A stretch of 64,000 bases of DNA from an uncultured bacterium (GTDB taxonomy: Bacteria > Babelota > Babeliae > Babelales > Babelaceae). The translations under genes were made by a program, and so were the position numbers. Shown piece by piece: positions 1 through 9,142 of the stretch (positions within the stretch are counted from its first letter, which is position 1; each line of letters starts with the position of its first letter). The notes beneath the pieces were generated by a model. That model ran no database searches, was not told the origin of the DNA, and saw nothing but the letters and a program-made list of their open reading frames with translations. Location of the stretch: the NCBI GenBank assembly GCA_963848965.1, contig CAWKFG010000004.1, forward strand, positions 192,001 through 256,000, read 5' to 3'.

Positions 1-1134
1 TGCGATACGTATTTCTGGTGAACTTACATAAACAGGTAACTGAGCAATAAGTTCATCTAAATTCTTTCCCTTACTATATACAAGCTCGCACAAGCGTAAT
101 GCAGCATATATACCATCATCATAACCAAAGTATTTATCTTTAAAAAAGAAGTGACAACTATATTCTCCCGCAAAAACGGCATTATGCTTTTTCATATGAT
201 ACTTTATAATTGAGTGACCAGAAGGAGACTTAAAGAGTGTTCCACCATACTGGGCAATAACTTCAGATACAAGCCCTGAACACTTTACATCGAATATCAT
301 AGAGCCCTTTGTATATTTTTGCAGAATATCTTTTGCAAAAAGAGCTCCTAACTTATCTCCTAAAATAAGCTCGCCTGAAGGAAGTACCGCACTCATGCGA
401 TCTCCATCTCCGTCAAAGCCAATGCCAAACTGTGCCTGTACTACAAGCATTCTCTCTTTCAGAGATACCATATTTTTTTCTACCACAGGATCAGGATCAT
501 GTGCAGGAAAAGTTCCATCAATAGTTTCATACATAAGCTCAACAGTATCCCACTTAAGCAACCTTTTTAATTCACTCATAAGAGGACCTGTAGCACCATA
601 AGCACAATCGATAACAAGCGGAAGAGAAGCTCCTTGCAATCCTTTAAACTGCTCTGCCAACCATAGAGTATAGCGCTCTATGAGCGAAATACATTTATAG
701 GTACCCAGTTGTAAAGCTTTATACGATTTCTTCTGCTTAAAAAGCTCTCGTATTTCCTTAATTTGTGAACCCCATAAGGCATCTTTTGCCAAGCACAATT
801 TTATGCCATTATAGTCCTTACTATTGTGAGATGCTGTAACCATAAGTCCACCATCTACAGAAAGAACATGTAAGGAGAAATAGACTATGGGCGTTGAACA
901 CAATCCAAGATCAACAACATTAATTCCACTATCACGTAATGCTCTTATAAGCTCTTGCTGAATATACTCAGAGTGAACTCTTCCATCACGCGCAATAGAA
1001 ATAGTACATGTTGATCCTGTTTTTATAAGGTAATAGTATGCTATAGCAGTTCCTAAAGCATATACTTCTTCGAGCGGAAGCTCTGTACCAATTTTACCTC
1101 GTATATCATACTCTCTAAACACTGATTCAATCAC
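1..1134 (-). CDS. Phosphomannomutase/phosphoglucomutase (3' end runs off window)
   Basis: Not in ORF track; manual translation from GTG at 1134 gives MIESVFREYDIRG..., followed by the TASHN phosphoserine loop, DPDP/GTFP and DGDGDR metal-binding motifs. Confidence 0.92.
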   Translation of the reverse strand, partial: MIESVFREYDIRGKIGTELPLEEVYALGTAIAYYYLIKTGSTCTISIARDGRVHSEYIQQELIRALRDSGINVVDLGLCSTPIVYFSLHVLSVDGGLMVTASHNSKDYNGIKLCLAKDALWGSQIKEIRELFKQKKSYKALQLGTYKCISLIERYTLWLAEQFKGLQGASLPLVIDCAYGATGPLMSELKRLLKWDTVELMYETIDGTFPAHDPDPVVEKNMVSLKERMLVVQAQFGIGFDGDGDRMSAVLPSGELILGDKLGALFAKDILQKYTKGSMIFDVKCSGLVSEVIAQYGGTLFKSPSGHSIIKYHMKKHNAVFAGEYSCHFFFKDKYFGYDDGIYAALRLCELVYSKGKNLDELIAQLPVYVSSPEIRIA

Positions 1135-1387
1135 ACTCTTCCCTTTATACAAGAAATCTCTCTTTTTCTTACATGATACTGCAAAAAGCACAATATGCAA
1201 AGTATAAACAACTTTTATTTAATTCTCTTACAAGAGTACTAGCAAAAACACCTTCTAGGCAATAGTAGTATCTTATTTCTATTAAAGCCTTTGCCTAGTT
1301 ATTATGAGAATATTAAACAAACTCTTTAAAAATTATAGCAAATTTTTATAAAATAAAAATAAAAATAAATCACTATAAGGAGATTTT

Positions 1388-1798
1388 ATGAGGTACACTA
1401 TACTAGTTTTCACCTTTCTACTAATAACCAGCGCTCTACGAGGTCAAGTTTTTGATGCATGTCAAAAATGCCAAGATATTATAGCACAAGAAAATAAAAC
1501 ACTTGCAAGTCTAAAAGCTCAAAAACAGCAATTTACCTCGCAGCTCCTTGGAATTAAACTTTCGCAAGAAGGTTTAAAACAGCTTTCTACTCAAATGCAA
1601 ACTGCTACTGCAAATAAAGATGTACAAGCTCAAAGCAAAATCGCAAATCAAATACAATTTCTTAATGCAGCTCTATCTTTACAAGCTACGTCCCAAGCAT
1701 TACGACAACAAAGACGAGCACTCTGTAAACAGTGTAAAGATAGTGTAGATCAAGTACAACAGCTTGTTGAAGAAGCATCAAGACAGCTTGAGGAGTAA
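1388..1798 (+). CDS. Secreted coiled-coil hypothetical protein with two CxxC motifs
   Basis: RBS AAGGAG, signal peptide, Gln/Leu-rich heptads, CQKC and CKQC at either end. Confidence 0.75.
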   Translation: MRYTILVFTFLLITSALRGQVFDACQKCQDIIAQENKTLASLKAQKQQFTSQLLGIKLSQEGLKQLSTQMQTATANKDVQAQSKIANQIQFLNAALSLQATSQALRQQRRALCKQCKDSVDQVQQLVEEASRQLEE

Positions 1799-1870
1799 AT
1801 ACTAAAAAGTAGCCAATAAGGTACTATCATGGTATAGTAAAAGAGAGAAAAAACACTCTTGAGCTTTACC

Positions 1871-4585
1871 ATGATCCCATTAAAATTACATATTAAGAAC
1901 TTCGTTAGTTACGGTACTACTACACAAATAGTAGACTTTGCACCTTACCAGCTTATATGCCTTTCGGGCAAGAATGGGCATGGTAAATCTGCATTGCTTG
2001 ATGCATTAACATGGGTATTGTGGGGCCATGCACGCAAAATCAGCGGTATAAACAAGGCCGATGATGGTCTTTTGCGTATTGGCCAAACACATATGATGGT
2101 AAGCCTGGACTTTTCCTGTAATAGTATACTCTATCGTGTCCGGCGAGAATACACCTCTAGTTCTCACAAGCCATTTAGTGGCCTTGAATTTGGCATAGTC
2201 GATCCTTCTTCAGGGCTTTTTAGAGCACTTACTGATAAAACTATTCGAACAACACAAGATAAAATTGAGTCGATGATTGGTCTTGATTATGAATCATTTA
2301 TTAATTCTGCATTTTTACGACAAGGACAGTCAAATGAGTTCTCTAAAAAGTCGCCCAAAGATCGCAAAGAAATTTTAGCAACTATTTTAGGTCTTGATCA
2401 CTTTGAGCGGATGCGCAAACTTGCAGCTGATAGGGCAAAAGAAGCACTCATAGAGAAAGAGCATCTTGTAAAACTACACGAACAAATTAAAAGTGAACTC
2501 TCTCAAAAAGATAGTACAGCACAGCGTCTTAGCGAGCTCAAGGCGCTACTTGCAAGTCTTAGTAACAAAGAGGCAGAAGTAAAAGCTGAAGTACAAGAGC
2601 TTAAGCAGCAGTTTCAGGAGCTTGCAGATAATAAAGTAAAAGCTGAACGTATAGAGTTTCAAAAAGAGCAGCTTTCTATAACTATTAAGGAACAGACAGC
2701 TGATGTTATACAGGCCATACAAAAATATCGGCAGATTACTAACGAACAAAAAAAGAGAATAGATTACAAAAAGCTTGAAGAAGAACGTACGCAGTTACAG
2801 CAACGCCAGAGTGTTCTTCAAGATCTTGCTCATAAAAAGCTAGCACTCAAAGAGCAGATCCTTGCAAAAAAAGAAGCATATAGAATACGTGTACATACCT
2901 TAGAACAGGCATATAACGACAGTGTTCAAAAAAACACATTACTTTTACAACAACATACGTTGTCTCTTCAAACACTTATTGAACAACAAAAAGAGCTTGA
3001 ACTTCGCAAAAGCAGAGAAACAGAGGAATATAAAAAGCTTCTTAAAGAGCTTGAAGTACTTCAAAAACCTGTTGCAGAAAATAATGAACTTTTATTAGAA
3101 CAAGAAACGAAACGCTTTGAACGGCGTAAAGCACACTATCATGAATTTATAGCAAAAGGGAATACCCTTACTGCAGAGCTTAAAAATAATGCCCATAAAA
3201 AGCATATGTCTCAAGCAGCAAAAAAGCCTGTATGCCCTTTGTGTGAACAAGATTTATCTCCTGACTACAAAAAGTCATTACAAAAAACGCTCGATCGACA
3301 AGAATCTCTTATTAACCATCAGCTTGATCGAATAACACAGGTTATTAAAAGTTTAAAACTGCTTCTTGTTGAACATAATATGCGCATTGAGCAATTACGC
3401 CTACTCCTTGAAACACAAAAAATGAACGAAATTAAAACAACAGAACTTCAAAAAAACATAGCAAAAGCTCTTGAGCAACTATACACGTTAGAAGAACAGA
3501 GCACTCACCTTGCTCATACCTATAAAGCAGAGCAGCATGCAAAACAGCAAACAGAACAACAACAGGCTACTTTTGAACAAACATTTGAAAAAGCACTTGC
3601 TGAAGATTACGAAATACAAAAACTTTTACAAGAACTACCAGCACTTGAACAATCTCTTGCACTCATAGTATATGATGGTGAAGAAGAAAAGCAGATACCT
3701 CTTCGTATTTACGAGCTTAATCAAGTACTACAGACACAAGCAGAGTTGCTCAAAGAAAGTGCGTTACAAGAACAGCGCAGAACATCTATTGAGCAAACAT
3801 ATAAGAATATAAAGCACCTTAAAGAGCTCAGACAATTACTTGTAGAAGAAAGTGCAACATACACTTTTTATAAAGATCGTGAACGAGAGTTACATAACAA
3901 AGAAGCAGAAATCTCTACAAAGCTTCAGCTTATCGCACAAGAAAAAGAGCTCGTTATTCACCAAAAAGGTGCTCTTGAACAGCACTATGCAAGTATTGAA
4001 CAACGAGAAAAAGAGTATAAACAGCAGCAAACAACACTGAAAAATCTTTATCAAACAATTGAAGAGTATACAGCTATTGCTTCAGCACTCAGTAAAGATG
4101 GTATTCAAGCGTTGCTTATTGAAGATGCTATTCCTGAAATTGAACATGAAGCAAATACCCTGCTTTCTCGTCTTACTGATAATCAGGCACATTTAACTAT
4201 TGAGTCACTACGCGATTTACGGAGTGGCAAAACAAAAGAGACACTAGATATTAAAATCTCTGATCCTATTGGCATACGGCCCTATGAGCTATTCTCCGGC
4301 GGTGAAGCATTTAGAATTGATTTTGCGCTTCGTATTGCTATCTCCAAATTACTTGCTCGCAGAGCAGGAACTGCTTTACAAACACTTATCATTGATGAAG
4401 GGTTCGGCTCTCAAGATGAAGAAGGACTTTCAAACATCATGGAAGCACTACATAAAATACAAGATGATTTTGCAAAAATTATCGTTGTTTCTCATTTACC
4501 GTCATTAAAAGAGCAATTTCCTGTTCATTTTCTTGTCTACAAGACAGCCCAAGGAAGTATAGTAAAAGTTATAGAAAATGGATGA
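1871..4585 (+). CDS. sbcC: SbcC/Rad50 family SMC-like ATPase
   Basis: Walker A GKNGHGKS, LRQGQ Q-loop, long coiled coil with central CPLC zinc hook, FSGGE signature, IIDEGFG Walker B; ATG 1871 preferred over TTG 1859. Confidence 0.92.
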   Translation: MIPLKLHIKNFVSYGTTTQIVDFAPYQLICLSGKNGHGKSALLDALTWVLWGHARKISGINKADDGLLRIGQTHMMVSLDFSCNSILYRVRREYTSSSHKPFSGLEFGIVDPSSGLFRALTDKTIRTTQDKIESMIGLDYESFINSAFLRQGQSNEFSKKSPKDRKEILATILGLDHFERMRKLAADRAKEALIEKEHLVKLHEQIKSELSQKDSTAQRLSELKALLASLSNKEAEVKAEVQELKQQFQELADNKVKAERIEFQKEQLSITIKEQTADVIQAIQKYRQITNEQKKRIDYKKLEEERTQLQQRQSVLQDLAHKKLALKEQILAKKEAYRIRVHTLEQAYNDSVQKNTLLLQQHTLSLQTLIEQQKELELRKSRETEEYKKLLKELEVLQKPVAENNELLLEQETKRFERRKAHYHEFIAKGNTLTAELKNNAHKKHMSQAAKKPVCPLCEQDLSPDYKKSLQKTLDRQESLINHQLDRITQVIKSLKLLLVEHNMRIEQLRLLLETQKMNEIKTTELQKNIAKALEQLYTLEEQSTHLAHTYKAEQHAKQQTEQQQATFEQTFEKALAEDYEIQKLLQELPALEQSLALIVYDGEEEKQIPLRIYELNQVLQTQAELLKESALQEQRRTSIEQTYKNIKHLKELRQLLVEESATYTFYKDRERELHNKEAEISTKLQLIAQEKELVIHQKGALEQHYASIEQREKEYKQQQTTLKNLYQTIEEYTAIASALSKDGIQALLIEDAIPEIEHEANTLLSRLTDNQAHLTIESLRDLRSGKTKETLDIKISDPIGIRPYELFSGGEAFRIDFALRIAISKLLARRAGTALQTLIIDEGFGSQDEEGLSNIMEALHKIQDDFAKIIVVSHLPSLKEQFPVHFLVYKTAQGSIVKVIENG

Positions 4586-4587
4586 TG

Positions 4588-5163
4588 CTATTTTTTATAA
4601 TATTCCTTGAGCCCTTCTTGTGTAGGCTTAAGTCCTTTTTCCTCTTCTGTCCAGTTTGCTGGACATACTTGGCCATGCTCTTTAGTAAAGTGTACAGCAT
4701 CCAACAACCTCAACACTTCTTGAGTATTTCTGCCTAACGAAAGATTATTTATTTGAGCAACTTGCACAATATTTTCATTATCTATAATAAAAATACCTCG
4801 TAATGCTATACCCTTGTCTTCATCAAGCACTTCATATGCTCGAGAAATGGACTTTGTAATATCTGAAAGTAAAGGATAGGTTATTCCTTGTATACCACCC
4901 TGCTCTTTTGGCTGAGCAAGCCACGCTAAATGGCTATACACTGAGTCAACTGATACACCTAAGATAACAGCATTACGTTGCTCAAACTCGCTTATTGACT
5001 CCTGAAACGCATGCAGCTCAGTAGGACATACAAACGTAAAGTCTAAAGGATAAAAGAAAAGTACTTTATAGGCATCCTTAAAATCTTCAAAATAAATATC
5101 TTTAACTTCTTCGTTTACAATTGCTTGACAAGAAAATGATGGTGCACGTTTTCCTACTAACAT
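4588..5163 (-). CDS. ahpC: 2-Cys peroxiredoxin (AhpC/TSA family)
   Basis: FYPLDFTFVCPTE and VCPANW motifs. Confidence 0.93.
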   Translation of the reverse strand: MLVGKRAPSFSCQAIVNEEVKDIYFEDFKDAYKVLFFYPLDFTFVCPTELHAFQESISEFEQRNAVILGVSVDSVYSHLAWLAQPKEQGGIQGITYPLLSDITKSISRAYEVLDEDKGIALRGIFIIDNENIVQVAQINNLSLGRNTQEVLRLLDAVHFTKEHGQVCPANWTEEEKGLKPTQEGLKEYYKK

Positions 5164-5260
5164 ACGGATTCCTTACAAATTTAGAGTAAGATGAGATCTG
5201 TTTTCTTGATAAAGTATAGAGTATATAGTAGATTTTTTACAACTATACTAAGGAGGTTTT

Positions 5261-5968
5261 ATGACGGTCAAAAAAGTTATTCATTATAGAAATGCTTTAA
5301 AATTTGGATTTGATACCTTTATTGATAATTTCTTTCTTTTTCTTAAAGCATCGCTTACATATGCTGCTCTTTTTATAGGGGCTCTCATAGCTGCTTTTGT
5401 TATTCCTTTGTTTATCTGGTACTTAATTAAAAACCAAGCTATCAAAGACACTCCCTTTTGGGCACGCCTTCTGTATGGCGGTATCATTGGCCTAACAGTA
5501 AGCATGGTAGGATCTTACTATGCAGCTAATCTTACAAGAGTAAGCCTTGCTCTTTATGAAGGTCAAAGCATAACACTCAAAGATTTTTTTAGCATAAGAA
5601 TGTCTCTTTTTTTCCGCTTTTTTGTTGCCGTATTTCTTTATGGCTTTAAAGTTTTATTAGGTACATTCTTATTAATTATACCAGGTCTTTATCTCTGGGT
5701 AAAATATGCCTTTACTGGGTATTTTATTTTAGAAGAAGATGCATCTATCTCTCAGGATATGGACCGCAATAGTCATTTAACGTATGGCGCTAAATGGAAA
5801 TTACTCTGGTTTAATTGGTTTTTATATATTCTTGAATTTCTCTGCAGCGCAGGTATAATAACGCTTATTCTCTATCCAGCATTCACGCTCATTCATACTC
5901 ATGTATACAAACAGTTACGCATGTATGAACATACAGGCGAGGTAAAAAGCTTACCTATCCAAGACTGA
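5261..5968 (+). CDS. Integral membrane hypothetical protein (DUF975-like)
   Basis: Four to five hydrophobic helices, LLIIPGLY and S..LT.G.KWKL patterns; strong RBS. Confidence 0.65.
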   Translation: MTVKKVIHYRNALKFGFDTFIDNFFLFLKASLTYAALFIGALIAAFVIPLFIWYLIKNQAIKDTPFWARLLYGGIIGLTVSMVGSYYAANLTRVSLALYEGQSITLKDFFSIRMSLFFRFFVAVFLYGFKVLLGTFLLIIPGLYLWVKYAFTGYFILEEDASISQDMDRNSHLTYGAKWKLLWFNWFLYILEFLCSAGIITLILYPAFTLIHTHVYKQLRMYEHTGEVKSLPIQD

Positions 5969-5976
5969 AAGTCATT

Positions 5977-6001
5977 AGGGCAGCTTATAAAGCTGCCCTT
6001 T
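5977..6001. terminator. Bidirectional intrinsic terminator
   Basis: AGGGCAGCTT/AAGCTGCCCT hairpin between convergent genes. Confidence 0.7.
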
Positions 6002-6026
6002 ATAATAAAATATACTGTGAGGGACA

Positions 6027-7388
6027 CTAAAGCAGTAAACTTGCAACCATTGCTGAAAGAAGATTTGCCAGTGCTCCTCCAAATACAGCACGTACGCCTA
6101 ATTGGCTGAGCCACGCTCGTTTATCTGGAACTAGTGCACCAATACCACCAATTTGTATACCAATACAAGAAAAGTTAGAGAATCCGCAAAGTGCATAGGT
6201 AAGAATTGATACAGCTCTTGTTGGTAACCCCATTTTGATCATCTTATCATAAGCTACAAGCTCGTTAACAGCTACTTTAGTACCAATAAGCTGGCTTGCT
6301 TGTAATGCTTCTGAACCAGTAAAGCCTAAAAGCCATCCAAAAGGCAAACAGATCCATGCAAAAATGGTGTCTAGCGTAATAACAGGAAGATTAAGGCTAA
6401 ACAGCTCATTAAGTTTTGTGCAAGAGAAGCTCAAGAGTGCATTAAACATACCAAGCAGCGCTAAGAATGAAATAAGCATAGCTCCCACGTTTAAAGCAAG
6501 CCATAATCCATCCGAAGTACCCTGTGAGATAGCATCAAGCACATTACCCGATTTCATCTCATAGGTAGCAGTTGCATCGCACATTGCCTGCGGCTCTTCT
6601 GTTTCAGGATAGATAATTTTTGAAATTAAAATAGTTGCAGGAATAGCCATAACACTTGCAGCAAGTAAGTGAGTAGCAGGTACTCCCATAACAGCAAACA
6701 CTGCTAAAATAGAGCCACTAATCGTTCCCATACCACTAATCATAACTACTAAGAATTCAGATTTAGTCATGCTCTTAAGATAATGCTTAATAAGAAGTGG
6801 TGCTTCTGTTTGTCCTAAAAAGCTATTTGCAATAGCACATAAGGTTTCTGGCCCTGTAGTTCCTAAAAGTGGCCGTATCCCTTTATTTAAAACCATTACC
6901 ACTGCTTGCACGATACCCAAATAGAAGAGCATCGACATTAATGCACTAAAAAATATAATAACAGGTAACACCTTAATAGCAAAGGTAAAGCCCCAAGGCC
7001 CCTGAGCATCACTTAACCTGCCAAAGACAAACTCTATACCCTTATCAGCAGCCATATAAAGCTTAGTAAAGCCATCTGCTACATACGAGATACTAGTATG
7101 CCCTACAGATGTCTTTAATACAAGCACCGCAAGCGTAAAGTGTAAAAGAAGCCCAATGGATACTAATTTCCAGTTAATTCGCCTTCGGTTATTCGACATA
7201 AGTACGGCAAGACCTAAAATAACTCCAATACCAAGCACATTGTAAATCCTATTATGCTCTAACAAGTAGGAGAATATATCTATTGAAGATCCTTGTGTGA
7301 ACATTAACACTGCAATACCTGCGATAACCGCCATACTGAGCATATTATACAGTCTTTTATGCTCAAGTAGATAGGATACAATGGCCAT
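6027..7388 (-). CDS. nupC: Concentrative nucleoside transporter (CNT/NupC family) with duplicated N-terminal helix
   Basis: VLPVIIFFS, FLGQTEAPL, NELVAY, YALCGFSNFS motifs. Confidence 0.92.
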   Translation of the reverse strand: MAIVSYLLEHKRLYNMLSMAVIAGIAVLMFTQGSSIDIFSYLLEHNRIYNVLGIGVILGLAVLMSNNRRRINWKLVSIGLLLHFTLAVLVLKTSVGHTSISYVADGFTKLYMAADKGIEFVFGRLSDAQGPWGFTFAIKVLPVIIFFSALMSMLFYLGIVQAVVMVLNKGIRPLLGTTGPETLCAIANSFLGQTEAPLLIKHYLKSMTKSEFLVVMISGMGTISGSILAVFAVMGVPATHLLAASVMAIPATILISKIIYPETEEPQAMCDATATYEMKSGNVLDAISQGTSDGLWLALNVGAMLISFLALLGMFNALLSFSCTKLNELFSLNLPVITLDTIFAWICLPFGWLLGFTGSEALQASQLIGTKVAVNELVAYDKMIKMGLPTRAVSILTYALCGFSNFSCIGIQIGGIGALVPDKRAWLSQLGVRAVFGGALANLLSAMVASLLL

Positions 7389-7407
7389 GGAAGATCCTTA
7401 TAGTAAA

Positions 7408-8481
7408 TTAGTGGAAATTAAGTGGTTGTTTACGCCTTTCTTGACGCTCTCTTTCTCGTAGAGCATCTACGATTTCATCAAGCTCTCCTTCAAGTACCAT
7501 ATCAAGCTTTTTAAGAGTAACCTCTACTTGATGGTCAGTAACTCGGTTTTGAGGAAAATTATAGGTACGCACTTTCTCTGCTCGCATACCAGATCCGACA
7601 AGCTCTTTACGTTTTTGGCTCAGTTCAGCTTCTTGTTTTTCCTGTTGTGCAGCAAGTAACCGCGCTTGCAACATCTTGAGTGCCTTGGCCTTATTTTTAT
7701 GCTGTGACCGTTCATCTTGACAGGTTACTACAACGCCGCTTGGAATATGAGTGATACGCACTGCAGAGTCAGTTGTGTTAACATGCTGTCCTCCTGCACC
7801 GCTTGAACGATAAACGTCTATACGCAAGTCTGCAGGATTAATAGAAATATCTACTTCTTCAGCCTCGGGCAATACAGCAACCGTTGCAGTTGAAGTGTGA
7901 ATTCTTCCCGATGCTTCAGTTACCGGTACACGTTGCACTCTATGCACCCCTGACTCATATTTTAAGTGACCATAGACTCCTTTACCTTCGATATGGAGCA
8001 CAATTTCTCGATATCCTCCAAGGTCAGTTGTACTAATACTCACTACAGATACGCGCCAGTTATGCTTCATGGCATAATTGGTGTACATACGCAACAAATC
8101 GGCAGCAAAAAGTGAGGCTTCTTGACCACCTGCTCCTGCCCTAATTTCAACGAATGCTGATCGAGAATCCATCTCATTAGGCGGGAACATAAGGTTCTCA
8201 AGAGCTTCTTGCTCACGCTTAAGAGCGTTTTGAACAGTCTGCAACTCTTCATCAAGCAATTGTGCAAATTCTGGATCTGTATTTGCAGCTTTTTGTTCTT
8301 CAAGCTGCTTATATTCATCTTCAAGGCGCACAATTTCCTTGTGCTTAGAAAGAAGAGTTGAAAGAACAGAAAGCTCTTTTTGCACAACATGTCGTTTGCT
8401 GTTCTCAAGCGCTGGAGAGCTTACCTGTTCAGCAAGCTCATCATATCGGTTTTGAAGTATATCCCAAGAGATAGCACTCAT
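7408..8481 (-). CDS. prfA: Peptide chain release factor 1
   Basis: GGQ motif, PVT anticodon-mimic tripeptide, RTYNFPQNRVTDH. Confidence 0.97.
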   Translation of the reverse strand: MSAISWDILQNRYDELAEQVSSPALENSKRHVVQKELSVLSTLLSKHKEIVRLEDEYKQLEEQKAANTDPEFAQLLDEELQTVQNALKREQEALENLMFPPNEMDSRSAFVEIRAGAGGQEASLFAADLLRMYTNYAMKHNWRVSVVSISTTDLGGYREIVLHIEGKGVYGHLKYESGVHRVQRVPVTEASGRIHTSTATVAVLPEAEEVDISINPADLRIDVYRSSGAGGQHVNTTDSAVRITHIPSGVVVTCQDERSQHKNKAKALKMLQARLLAAQQEKQEAELSQKRKELVGSGMRAEKVRTYNFPQNRVTDHQVEVTLKKLDMVLEGELDEIVDALRERERQERRKQPLNFH

Positions 8482-8486
8482 AACTC

Positions 8487-8687
8487 TTAGCTATCCTTAT
8501 ACTTTTTCTTGAATTTTTCGATACGACCAGCTGTATCTACGTGTTTTTGCTCACCAGTAAAGAATGGATGGCATTGTGAACACAAAGTTACACGAATTTC
8601 CTTACGAGTTGAGCTTGTTCTAAACTCGTTACCACAAGTACAGCGTGCTGTAAGCTCATGGCTCGTTGGATGTAGTTCTTTTTTCAT
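8487..8687 (-). CDS. rpmE: 50S ribosomal protein L31 (Zn-binding type)
   Basis: MKKELHP...CTCG...[10 protein letters not shown]...GRIEKF; upstream of prfA. Confidence 0.97.
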   Translation of the reverse strand: MKKELHPTSHELTARCTCGNEFRTSSTRKEIRVTLCSQCHPFFTGEQKHVDTAGRIEKFKKKYKDS

Positions 8688-8890
8688 AAATAACTCCTTA
8701 AAATGTCTCTATCTTTTTAAAAGAAGAGAGCTCAAAAAACTTGAGCTCTTGCCTATTTATAGTATACCATAGGATAAGTAGTATGACAATTTAGACTTTC
8801 AAAAAGCTTCTACGAATCTTTTTCTCTAATCACTATAAGTAATTTTCTTATCTTACTCTTAATGGGCCATTATCAAGCATTATCTTTGAT

Positions 8891-8930
8891 TTTTGACCAT
8901 GAAAGGCCAAAACATGGTTGAATTTTGACC
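8891..8930. promoter_or_regulatory. Orphan TTTTGACC-N6-GG(T/C)CAAAA palindromic box plus a half site
   Basis: Same motif as upstream of the AAA/DUF4143 genes at 17590 and 20441; half sites at 8891 and 8923. Confidence 0.5.
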
Positions 8931-9142
8931 ATAAATTTAAAATTAACCTTTATAATGCCTAAAAATTGTCCTCAAACGCCTCCTTTGCTCCAGGACTCTC
9001 TTCTGGAAATTCATACTTATTCTTTTTATGCGAGTACCCTCATCTTATACATGGCAGCACCTGCTAGAGCAAGTTGCTCAAATAATATGTTGCTTTATAC
9101 TAAAGAATTAAAGATAACTATTTTATACCTTAGGGAAATTCC

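Noticed and set aside
395..601. Short antisense or overlapping ORFs in the track (e.g. 395, 2546, 3852, 5284, 8067, 25498, 42376, 43971, 46320)
   Set aside because: Shadow frames of well-supported genes, without RBS or recognisable motifs
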